Assembly (NCBI GenBank): GCA_027295775.1
Contig: JAPUKG010000007.1
Coordinates: 276-64,275 of the forward strand
From: Pseudomonadota bacterium
GTDB lineage: Bacteria > Myxococcota_A > UBA9160 > UBA4427
Direction: 5' to 3'
Length of the DNA stretch: 64,000 nt
Under the pieces are notes generated by a model. The model was not told the DNA's origin, did not search any database, and worked only from the letters and a program-made list of their open reading frames with translations. Position numbers and translations under genes: made by a program. Positions 48,065-55,200 of the stretch are shown here, piece after piece. Each line of letters begins with the position of its first letter. The first letter of the stretch is position 1.

Positions 48065-48466
48065 CTACCCCCTGGGCCGTCGGTTGGCGGAGTCCGCGCT
48101 CTGGAGCAGATCCCGAGCCACGGTTCGCAGCTCTTCGGGCTCGAACGGCTTGACCAGATACGCGTCCGCACCGAGCTCCAGCCCCTTGTCGCGATCGCGC
48201 TCCGAGCCCTCGGTCGAGACGATGATCAGTGGGATCGAGCGGTAGGCCGGGTTCTGCTTCACGAACGACACCAGCTCGAGCCCGTTGATGTCGGGCATGT
48301 TGATGTCGGTCACGATCAGGTCGGCCGACTCTCTCGGCAAGATGCGCAGCGCCTCGAACCCGCTGTCCACCTGGGTGATCTTGACCGGAAGGTCGATCGC
48401 CTCGAGCGTCGATGCGAGCAGGGATCGCATGGTCGCCGAATCTTCCACGATCAGGATGCGCTGCAC
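48065..48466 (-). CDS. cheY: CheY-like single-domain response regulator
   Basis: 133 aa. ILIVEDS, LIVTDINMP, IIVSTEG, YLVKP. GTG start preceded by GGAGGAGG. Confidence 0.9.
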   Translation of the reverse strand: MQRILIVEDSATMRSLLASTLEAIDLPVKITQVDSGFEALRILPRESADLIVTDINMPDINGLELVSFVKQNPAYRSIPLIIVSTEGSERDRDKGLELGADAYLVKPFEPEELRTVARDLLQSADSANRRPRG

Positions 48467-48525
48467 GGGCCTCCTCCGGACCGCATCTCAATGCGCTGCA
48501 CGGGCCTCCCCGGGACCGGCTCGAG
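48456..48525. repeat. Tandem duplication (2 x 35 nt) of the cheY translation-initiation region
   Basis: Unit 1 is 48456-48490 and unit 2 is 48491-48525. The first 19 nt are identical (atgcgctgcacgggcctcc), and 28/35 nt are identical overall by eye. Confidence 0.85.
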
Positions 48526-48584
48526 AGCGACTCAAGGCGGCCTCTCCCGCACCGGGTTCGCGGTCGCCACCCGACCGCTCCCTC

Positions 48585-50444
48585 CTATCGGTCGTCCGGG
48601 GCGTTTCTTGAGGCAGGCGAAGGACTTCCGTCCTCCCGGCGCGGGTCCGCCGCCGGTTCGTGGAGGGGCGACTCTGCGCCGTCTGCGGGGACCCTCTCGA
48701 CCCCCTCCAGCCGCTCGAGGGCGGCCCGGTCCAGGGCCAGTCCGGCGTGGTGGAGGACCACCTCGAGGGCACTGGTGTCGCCCACGAGCCGTGAGCTCGG
48801 GAGGTTGTCCCCATAGAGGAGCGCCACGATCTGGCCCGAGCTCTCGATGGGCGCCAGGTAGGCCTCGCTCGGCGAGGCATCCCCCAGCATCAAACCGAGC
48901 TCCCGGTCGCCGTCGTCGATCGGGGCGGAGCGGAGCGAGGTCCGGGTCGCGAGCACGCGCCGGAACCACGAGCAGCGCTCGGCCCGCATTCTCACGCCGC
49001 GCAGTCCGGCGTCGTCGGGTCCCCCCGCCCGGTTCAGGCCGTGCTGGGCCATGCCCATCACCAGGTCGTCGCGGACACCGAACATCGCCACCCGCGAGAA
49101 GCGTTCCGCGGCGAAGCGGATGACCAGGGGCAGGACCTCGCCGCGCGACGCTGCATCGCGGAGATCCGTCATCGCCTCGTTCAGCCTGCGCATGATCTCC
49201 GGAGGGATGGCGTCGGAGCGCGCACCCGCGGCAGGGCCCGCCTCCGGCACCGGCGGCACCACGGCATCCACCACGGCGGCGCGCAGCCGGGCCGCGACTC
49301 TCTCGACCTGTTCCGCCCGCGCCGGGTCGGAGAGGTCGTGGGCGCTCGGGCGTTCCACGATGCCGTCCGCCGGCGCGACGGGCTCGGGCTGCCCGGCGTC
49401 CTCCTCGCAGAGCCACAGCACGCGCATTCGCGCGGACTGGGTCTTCAGGCGTCTGGCGAAGTCGCGGGCGTCCAGAATTCCACTCAGGGGATCACCCGGC
49501 ACATCCGGCGACAGCAGAACCAGGGGCGTCTCGGCGCGGACCAGGTACTGGCGAATGCGCGCCAGCCCGAGCTCGGAGCGCTGGAAGATGTGGGTGCGGG
49601 GAAAGTCGTCGGCCAGCGCGCGCTTCGTCCACTCGAGCCCGGTGAGGTCGGAGTCGATGGCGACGACGGGCGGTCGGGGTGCGCCCTCCTTCGCCTGCTC
49701 CACCCGGTGGGTCGCTGCCGACGCCACCCGATCGATCTGCTCGGCCCGCACGTCGGCGGGGGAGAGGGGCGCCGCGACCTCCCCGACTGACTCCGGAACG
49801 AGCGGCGCCTTCGTCTCCTCGGCGGACTCCGCGTCAAGAGCGGGCTCTGCGGGTTCGCTTTCGCCGTCGAACTCGAGATCCGCACCGAACATCACGTCCG
49901 CCGAGAGCTCGTCCTCGGGAGCGGGCGCGTCTCCGCGGTCCAAGCGCTCCGCCTCCACTGCCTCGTCGTTGAGGCGCGAGCCCTCCATAGCCAGGTACTG
50001 GGCGTTGATACCCGTCTCCAGGAACAGGGGCGGGTCGTCGGGCTCGGGCTCCTCGCGAACGTCGAAGCTGAACTCGCCGATCTTCCAGCGGAACATCGAC
50101 ACCACGGCGGACTCCACCGCCTCCCGGCGCAGGGAGTCGATCCGCTCGCTGGGAATCGAGACCGTGTCCGCGAGCACGCGCTCGATCGAGACGCCCGACT
50201 CGCGACTGGTCCGGGCGGCCTCGTCGAACTCGGCCCCGGACACGATCTCGCCGCCGACGAGCACGCCGCGCAGGTCGTCGGGGCCGCCCTTGAGCACGGC
50301 GCCGCGCACCAGGCCTTCGACGAACAGGATGCGACCCTCCCCCGCCTCGCTGCGAATGGCGAGCACTCCCGACTTCTGAGAGAGGCTGATGATCTGGAGG
50401 ATGTCCCCGAGTCCCAAATCCTCGAGGCTTCCGATCAGGCTCAT
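48585..50444 (-). CDS. DUF4388 (PatA-N-like) + receiver-like + GAF-like multidomain protein
   Basis: Trimmed to MSLIGSLEDLGLGDILQIISLSQKSGVLAIRSEAGEGRILFVEGLVRGA (DUF4388 pattern). Acidic linker. REC-like VVAIDSD...LVLLSPDVPGDP. C-terminal GAF-like region (RFSRVAMFGVRDD...IVALLYGDN). First gene of the che-like cluster. Confidence 0.75.
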   Translation of the reverse strand: MSLIGSLEDLGLGDILQIISLSQKSGVLAIRSEAGEGRILFVEGLVRGAVLKGGPDDLRGVLVGGEIVSGAEFDEAARTSRESGVSIERVLADTVSIPSERIDSLRREAVESAVVSMFRWKIGEFSFDVREEPEPDDPPLFLETGINAQYLAMEGSRLNDEAVEAERLDRGDAPAPEDELSADVMFGADLEFDGESEPAEPALDAESAEETKAPLVPESVGEVAAPLSPADVRAEQIDRVASAATHRVEQAKEGAPRPPVVAIDSDLTGLEWTKRALADDFPRTHIFQRSELGLARIRQYLVRAETPLVLLSPDVPGDPLSGILDARDFARRLKTQSARMRVLWLCEEDAGQPEPVAPADGIVERPSAHDLSDPARAEQVERVAARLRAAVVDAVVPPVPEAGPAAGARSDAIPPEIMRRLNEAMTDLRDAASRGEVLPLVIRFAAERFSRVAMFGVRDDLVMGMAQHGLNRAGGPDDAGLRGVRMRAERCSWFRRVLATRTSLRSAPIDDGDRELGLMLGDASPSEAYLAPIESSGQIVALLYGDNLPSSRLVGDTSALEVVLHHAGLALDRAALERLEGVERVPADGAESPLHEPAADPRREDGSPSPASRNAPDDR

Positions 50445-50574
50445 TCGGCCCTCCGCGTCCGCACCGCTGCGGGGCGCGGTGCCCCCTGGCGCCGCGCCAC
50501 GATCCGGGCGCACTCCGCTCGCCCCAGGCGAGCCGATGTGCCCCGAGATGTTGATCGGCCAGTGGCAGGGGGAC

Positions 50575-51201
50575 TTAATCGCGATGCGGCAGGGAGGAGG
50601 AGACCCGACGGAAGTGCTCGGCTCCGACCCCCCTGGGGCGACGCTTGGGTGCGCCGGTCAGCAGCTCCAGCGGCACGTCCCGCCGAAGCCCGGCGGCAGC
50701 CTCCTCCAGGGCGCGGGCGGCCGCGCGAGCTTCCTCGGGAGGCAGCACCAGCACGAGCCGAAACGAGCGGCGGGCCTCCTTCATGGCCTCGAGCGCTCCG
50801 GCCAGGATGGCCTCGGCGTGACGGGCGAAGTCGCCGGCGATGATCCCGGGGCCGGATAGCCCCAGGCTGCGCACGCCGAGCGCCGTGGCTCGCAGGACCA
50901 GCTCGCGGACCGCGTCCTGGACCTGCGGGAGGCCGTAGGACGCCCGGCGGCCGAGACCCAGGAGTAGAACCCGCGGCGCGCGTAGGCGCCCGCCCGACGG
51001 CAGTAGCACCGCCTCCCCAGCTTCGCCGGTGAGCTGCTTGTCGAGCAGCAGATTCGAGACCTGGGCGCACAGGCGCCAGTCGGCGCGGGCGGCGCCTCCT
51101 CGCAGCGGCCGCTGGTCGGCGAAGTATCCCGCTGCGACCAGCTCCACCTCGACCCGCTCCAGGGGGAGCGGGTCGATCTGGACCGACAGCCCCCGGCTCA
51201 A
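50575..51201 (-). CDS. Hypothetical protein resembling the N-terminal domain of M17 leucyl aminopeptidases (no catalytic domain)
   Basis: 208 aa. VELVAAGYFADQRPLRGGAARADWRL...LTGEAGEAVLLP...RVLLLGLGRR fits the pattern of the M17 N-terminal domain. TTG start overlaps the nusB stop (TTGA). The family call is tentative. Confidence 0.55.
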   Translation of the reverse strand: MSRGLSVQIDPLPLERVEVELVAAGYFADQRPLRGGAARADWRLCAQVSNLLLDKQLTGEAGEAVLLPSGGRLRAPRVLLLGLGRRASYGLPQVQDAVRELVLRATALGVRSLGLSGPGIIAGDFARHAEAILAGALEAMKEARRSFRLVLVLPPEEARAAARALEEAAAGLRRDVPLELLTGAPKRRPRGVGAEHFRRVSSSLPHRD

Positions 51202-51659
51202 GAGGACTCCGTTCGGTGCGCCTTCGCGATGGAATCGAGGATCCCGTTCACGAACGCGGGCGACTCGCCGGCGCCAAAGCGCCGGGCCAGCTCGACCGCC
51301 TCGTCGAGCACGACGGGCGTCGGGGTGTCGGTGTGGAGCAGCTCGTAGGTGGCGAGGCGCAGGACGTTGCGGTCCACCGCCGCCATCCGGGACACGCGCC
51401 AGCGGCGCGCGTGGCTCGCCAGCTCGGCGTCGATGGCGCTGCGGTACCGGGTCGTCTCGCAGACCAGCTCCTTGGCAAAGGCCACCGCGCCCGGCGGAAT
51501 CTCGAACTGGGCCGCCGCCCCCTCGAAGACCTCCTGGGCCGCGGGCGCCTCGTCGCCCCGGGACTCGGCCACGTCGAGGGCGTACAGGACTTGAAGCGCC
51601 ACCTCCCGCGAGCGGTGACGAGACGCGAGCCGAGGGCGACTCACGTGTCCGGCTCCCAC
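51198..51659 (-). CDS. nusB: Transcription antitermination factor NusB
   Basis: RSREVALQVLYALD...RMAAVDRNVLRLATYELL...VVLDEAVELARRFG...FVNGILD. An alternative GTG at 51644 has a better SD (GGGAG, 8 nt upstream). Confidence 0.9.
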   Translation of the reverse strand: MGAGHVSRPRLASRHRSREVALQVLYALDVAESRGDEAPAAQEVFEGAAAQFEIPPGAVAFAKELVCETTRYRSAIDAELASHARRWRVSRMAAVDRNVLRLATYELLHTDTPTPVVLDEAVELARRFGAGESPAFVNGILDSIAKAHRTESS

Positions 51660-51678
51660 AGGGAGCGAGGGTGGAGAC

Positions 51679-52164
51679 TCACGCTTCCACTTCCGGTGGG
51701 GCCGGGAGCCGGCGGCAGAGGTGGGCCATCTCGATAGCCGCCCGGGCGAACTCCGCGCCCTTGTTTCCCTCAGGCCCGCCCGCTCGCGCCAACGCCTGGT
51801 CCACGTCGTTGGTCGTCAGCACTCCGAAGGCGACGGGAACGCCGGTGTCGCGCACCACCTCGCGCACCCCGTCGGTCACGCTCTGGCAGACGAAGTCGAA
51901 ATGGGGTGTTCCTGCCCGGATGACCGCGCCCAGGGTGACCACCGCGTCGTAGCGCCCGCTCTTCGCCATCACCCGCGCGGCCAGCGGGATCTCGTAGGCG
52001 CCCGGCACCCAGGCCACGTCGATGTCGCCGGCCACGGCGCCGCGGGCCACCAGCTCGCCCGTGCAGCCCTCGAGCAGGCGCACGCAGATCAGGTGGTTGA
52101 AGCGCGCCACCACCACCGCGAAGCGCAGCCCCGTGGCATCGATCACCGACGGATAGACCCTCAC
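51679..52164 (-). CDS. ribH: 6,7-dimethyl-8-ribityllumazine synthase
   Basis: Trimmed from the 615-aa track ORF. The GTG start overlaps the ribD stop (GTGA). ...LRFAVVVARFNHLI...VPGAYEIPLAA...DAVVTLGAVIRGTPHFDFV-type motif, present here as VIRAGTPHFDFV. Confidence 0.92.
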   Translation of the reverse strand: MRVYPSVIDATGLRFAVVVARFNHLICVRLLEGCTGELVARGAVAGDIDVAWVPGAYEIPLAARVMAKSGRYDAVVTLGAVIRAGTPHFDFVCQSVTDGVREVVRDTGVPVAFGVLTTNDVDQALARAGGPEGNKGAEFARAAIEMAHLCRRLPAPPEVEA

Positions 52165-53291
52165 CGACTCCTGCCCTTCTCTCCGCGTGCCGCGACCCGC
52201 CCGTGCAGGTGGAGATCGCGTCCGACGCGCCGCACTGTCACGTCCTCGAGCCGCGCCGCGGACTCGAGCCGCCGCACCGCCAGCGCCCCGACGGCAGGCC
52301 TTCCCTCCGCGCCCAGCAGCAGGGGCGCCAGGAACCAATGTATCTCGTCTATCAGGCCCGCGCGGAGAAGGGCCGCCGCGAGCTGCCCGCCGCCTTCCAC
52401 CAGCAGGGTGGTGAGCCCCTTCCGGGCCAGGGCTCGGAGCCCGGCCCGCAGATCCAGGTGCGCCCCTCGGCGAGCCACGGGGATCGAGGCAGCGCCCGCC
52501 CCCGCCAGCCGGCCCGCACCGCGGGCCCCGTGCGCGTGCAGGACCCAGGTGCGCGCGCCCCCATCGTGGCCGCGGTACAGGCGGGCGCGGGTCGGCACGC
52601 GCAGCCGCGAGTCCACCAGGATGCGCACCGGACGGTGGATCACGCGGTCTCCTCGACGCGCGGAGAGATCGGGATCGTCGGCCAGCGCCGTTCCCGAGCC
52701 CACCATGATTCCGTCGACGCGGCGGCGCAGGTCGTGCACGCGGCGTCGCGCTTCGGGACCCGTGATCCAACGCGACGCCCCGGACACCGTGGCGATGCGA
52801 CCGTCGAGACTGCTGGCCAGCTTGAGCGTGACGAACGGGCGTCTGCGCTCCCACACAGACAGGAAGCCGCGATGCTGCTCGCGGCAGCGGTCGCCCAGGA
52901 CGCCGACCCGGGTCTCGACACCTGCACGGCGCAGACGGCGCACCCCGCGACCGCTCACCTCCGGATGCGGATCCACGCAGCCGACATAGACGCGGCCGAG
53001 CCCCGCCTCGATCAGCGCCTCCACACAGGGCCCCGTGCGACCGCGGTGACAGCAGGGCTCCAGGGTCACCGCCATGGACGCGCCGCGCAGCAAGGGCTTG
53101 CCGAAGCGGCGCTCCGCTTGCCGGAGCGCGACGATCTCGGCGTGGGCTCCGCCGGGCGGGCGAGTCGCACCGCTGCCAAGCAGCCGCGACCCGCGGTAGA
53201 CCACCGCGCCCACGGAGGGATTGGGGAAGGTCCGCCCGAGCGCGGTGCGCGCGCGGGCCAGGGCCCGGCGCATGGCTTCGTCGGGGGTCAT
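52161..53291 (-). CDS. ribD: Bifunctional riboflavin biosynthesis deaminase/reductase
   Basis: Trimmed to MTPDEAMRRALARA...PNPSVGAVV...GGAHAEIVAL...TLEPCCHRGRTGPC (deaminase zinc site), then the reductase half (KLASSLDGRIA...LLVEGGG). ATGA overlap with the nrdR stop. Confidence 0.92.
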   Translation of the reverse strand: MTPDEAMRRALARARTALGRTFPNPSVGAVVYRGSRLLGSGATRPPGGAHAEIVALRQAERRFGKPLLRGASMAVTLEPCCHRGRTGPCVEALIEAGLGRVYVGCVDPHPEVSGRGVRRLRRAGVETRVGVLGDRCREQHRGFLSVWERRRPFVTLKLASSLDGRIATVSGASRWITGPEARRRVHDLRRRVDGIMVGSGTALADDPDLSARRGDRVIHRPVRILVDSRLRVPTRARLYRGHDGGARTWVLHAHGARGAGRLAGAGAASIPVARRGAHLDLRAGLRALARKGLTTLLVEGGGQLAAALLRAGLIDEIHWFLAPLLLGAEGRPAVGALAVRRLESAARLEDVTVRRVGRDLHLHGRVAARGEKGRSR

Positions 53292-53764
53292 GAACCCGAC
53301 GGGTCTTCGGACTTCGGCGCTTCGAGGGAGGCAAAGAAGTCCGAGTAGTCCTCCGCGCTCTGGAAGTTGCGAAACACCGAGGCGAAGCGGACCGCGGCGA
53401 TGGGATCGAGGGCGGTGAGCTCCTCCATGGCTCGCTCCCCGACGTAGCCGCTCGACACCTCCTTCTCGCCGGTCTCCTGGAGACGCCGCTCGATCCGGTC
53501 CACGAGCTTCTCGATGGCGTCGGCACTGACCGACCGCTTCTCGCACGCGCGTTCGATACCCGCCTGCAGCTTGTCCCGTTTGAACTCTTCGCGGCGAGCG
53601 TCCTGCTTGATGATCCTGGGGATCACCGCGTCCACGCGCTCCCGGGTGGTGAAGCGCCGGCCGCACTCGGCGCACTCCCGCCGACGGCGAACCTCCTCGG
53701 CGTCGCGGCCGAGGCGCGAGTCGATCACGCGGTTCGCCTCGTCTCCGCAGTACGGACAGCGCAA
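53288..53764 (-). CDS. nrdR: Transcriptional repressor NrdR
   Basis: MRCPYCG...ECAECGRRFTTRERV zinc ribbon plus an ATP-cone. Confidence 0.95.
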   Translation of the reverse strand: MRCPYCGDEANRVIDSRLGRDAEEVRRRRECAECGRRFTTRERVDAVIPRIIKQDARREEFKRDKLQAGIERACEKRSVSADAIEKLVDRIERRLQETGEKEVSSGYVGERAMEELTALDPIAAVRFASVFRNFQSAEDYSDFFASLEAPKSEDPSGS

Positions 53765-53773
53765 GACCCGACC

Positions 53774-55033
53774 TCAGTCGCTCCAGCGACCGGTATACAG
53801 CGGGAAGCGCCTGCAGAGGCCTTCTGCTTCGGCCCGGATTTCGTCGAGTGCGGCGACGTCGCCCGGGCTCTCCAGAGCGCCCGCGATGAAGCCCGCGATC
53901 TCGTCCATCTCGGCCTCGCCCATGCCACGGCTGGTGACCGCAGGCGTTCCGATGCGCACCCCGGAGGTCACCATGGGCTTGCGCGGATCGAACGGGACCA
54001 TGTTCTTGTTGGCGGTGAGGCCGGCGCGCTCGAGGGCGATCTGCGCCGCCTTGCCCGTGGTGTCTCGATCGACCAGGGAGAGCAGGAACAGGTGGTTGTC
54101 GGTGCCGCCGGATACCACCGCGAAGTCACGCTCCATCACCCCCGCCGCCAGCGCCCGGGCATTGGCCACGATCTGCTCGCAGTAGCTCTTGAAGTCCGGA
54201 GACAGCGCCTCCTGGAACGCCACCGCCTTGCCAGCGATCACGTGCATCAGGGGACCGCCCTGGCCGCCGGGGAAGACCGCACTGTCGATCTTCTTCTGGT
54301 ACTCGCGGTCGCACAGGATGAGGCCACCGCGTGGCCCGCGCAGGGTCTTGTGGGTGGTGGTCGTGAACACCTGCGCCCGCCCCACCGGACTCGGGTGGAC
54401 CCCCGTCGCCACCAATCCCGCGACGTGCGCGATGTCCGCGAACAGGATCGCGTCCACCTCGTCTGCGATGGACCGGAACGCGTCGAAGTCGATGATCCGC
54501 GAGTAGGCCGTGGCCCCACACTGGATCATCTTCGGCCGGTGCTCCCGTGCCAACCGCCGCACCTCGTCGTAGTCGATGAGGCCGTCCTCCCGGCGAACGC
54601 CGTAGGGAACGATGCGGTAGTGCTTGCCCGAGAAGTTGACCGGGCTCCCGTGAGTCAGGTGCCCTCCGTGATCCAGGTTCATGGCCAGGATCGTGTCGCC
54701 GAGCTCGAGCACCGCCTGGTAGACCGCCGCGTTGGCCTGGGATCCGGAGTGAGGCTGGACGTTGGCGTGGTCGGCCCCGAAGAGCTGCACGGCCCGGTCG
54801 ATGGCGAGCTGCTCCACCTCGTCTACAAATTCGCAGCCCCCGTAGTAGCGGCGTCCGGGATACCCCTCCGCGTACTTGTTCGTGAGCACCGTCCCCATCG
54901 CCTCGAGCACCGCCTCCGACACGAAGTTCTCGGAGGCGATCAGCTCCAGCGAGAGCGCCTGGCGACGACCTTCCTTCCGCACGAGGTCAGCGATGGTCGG
55001 GTCTTGTGCGTCGAGATGAGGGGTCAAAGACAT
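53774..55033 (-). CDS. glyA: Serine hydroxymethyltransferase
   Basis: Trimmed to [18 protein letters not shown]...ELIASENF...; PLP site [14 protein letters not shown]. Confidence 0.95.
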   Translation of the reverse strand: MSLTPHLDAQDPTIADLVRKEGRRQALSLELIASENFVSEAVLEAMGTVLTNKYAEGYPGRRYYGGCEFVDEVEQLAIDRAVQLFGADHANVQPHSGSQANAAVYQAVLELGDTILAMNLDHGGHLTHGSPVNFSGKHYRIVPYGVRREDGLIDYDEVRRLAREHRPKMIQCGATAYSRIIDFDAFRSIADEVDAILFADIAHVAGLVATGVHPSPVGRAQVFTTTTHKTLRGPRGGLILCDREYQKKIDSAVFPGGQGGPLMHVIAGKAVAFQEALSPDFKSYCEQIVANARALAAGVMERDFAVVSGGTDNHLFLLSLVDRDTTGKAAQIALERAGLTANKNMVPFDPRKPMVTSGVRIGTPAVTSRGMGEAEMDEIAGFIAGALESPGDVAALDEIRAEAEGLCRRFPLYTGRWSD

Positions 55034-55163
55034 CGATTGCGTTCCTCGGCAACGGCGGGTGTGGGGAGCGGGGTGGCAGAACATAGCTCGTGCACGCCCC
55101 GTTCCCAGATCCGCTTCAAGCCACGCCCTGCCACCGGGCGAGACGCTCGGAGCGCGATGACCC

Positions 55164-55200
55164 CCACCCGCCCCCAGGAGGAAACCTCCCGAAGTTCAGA
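55164..55200 (-). repeat. 37-nt motif spanning the fabF stop codon (copy A)
   Basis: Minus strand reads TCTGAACTTCGGGAGGTTTCCTCCTGGGGGCGGGTGG. 31/37 nt are identical to 62437-62473, in the same register relative to a TGA stop. Confidence 0.8.

Noticed and set aside
50500-50560. Possible sigma54 (GG-N10-GC) promoter upstream of the che-like cluster.
   Set aside because: Only a loose GG...GC spacing match (GGGGCGAGCGGAGTGC) was found, with no TGGCAC/TTGCW cores. That is expected by chance in GC-rich DNA.
55186-55200. Reading GAACTT inside the shared motif as an ECF-sigma -35 box.
   Set aside because: The sequence 16-17 nt downstream (GGGGGC) does not resemble any -10 element I know for ECF sigmas. 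A GAACTT hexamer alone is not evidence.
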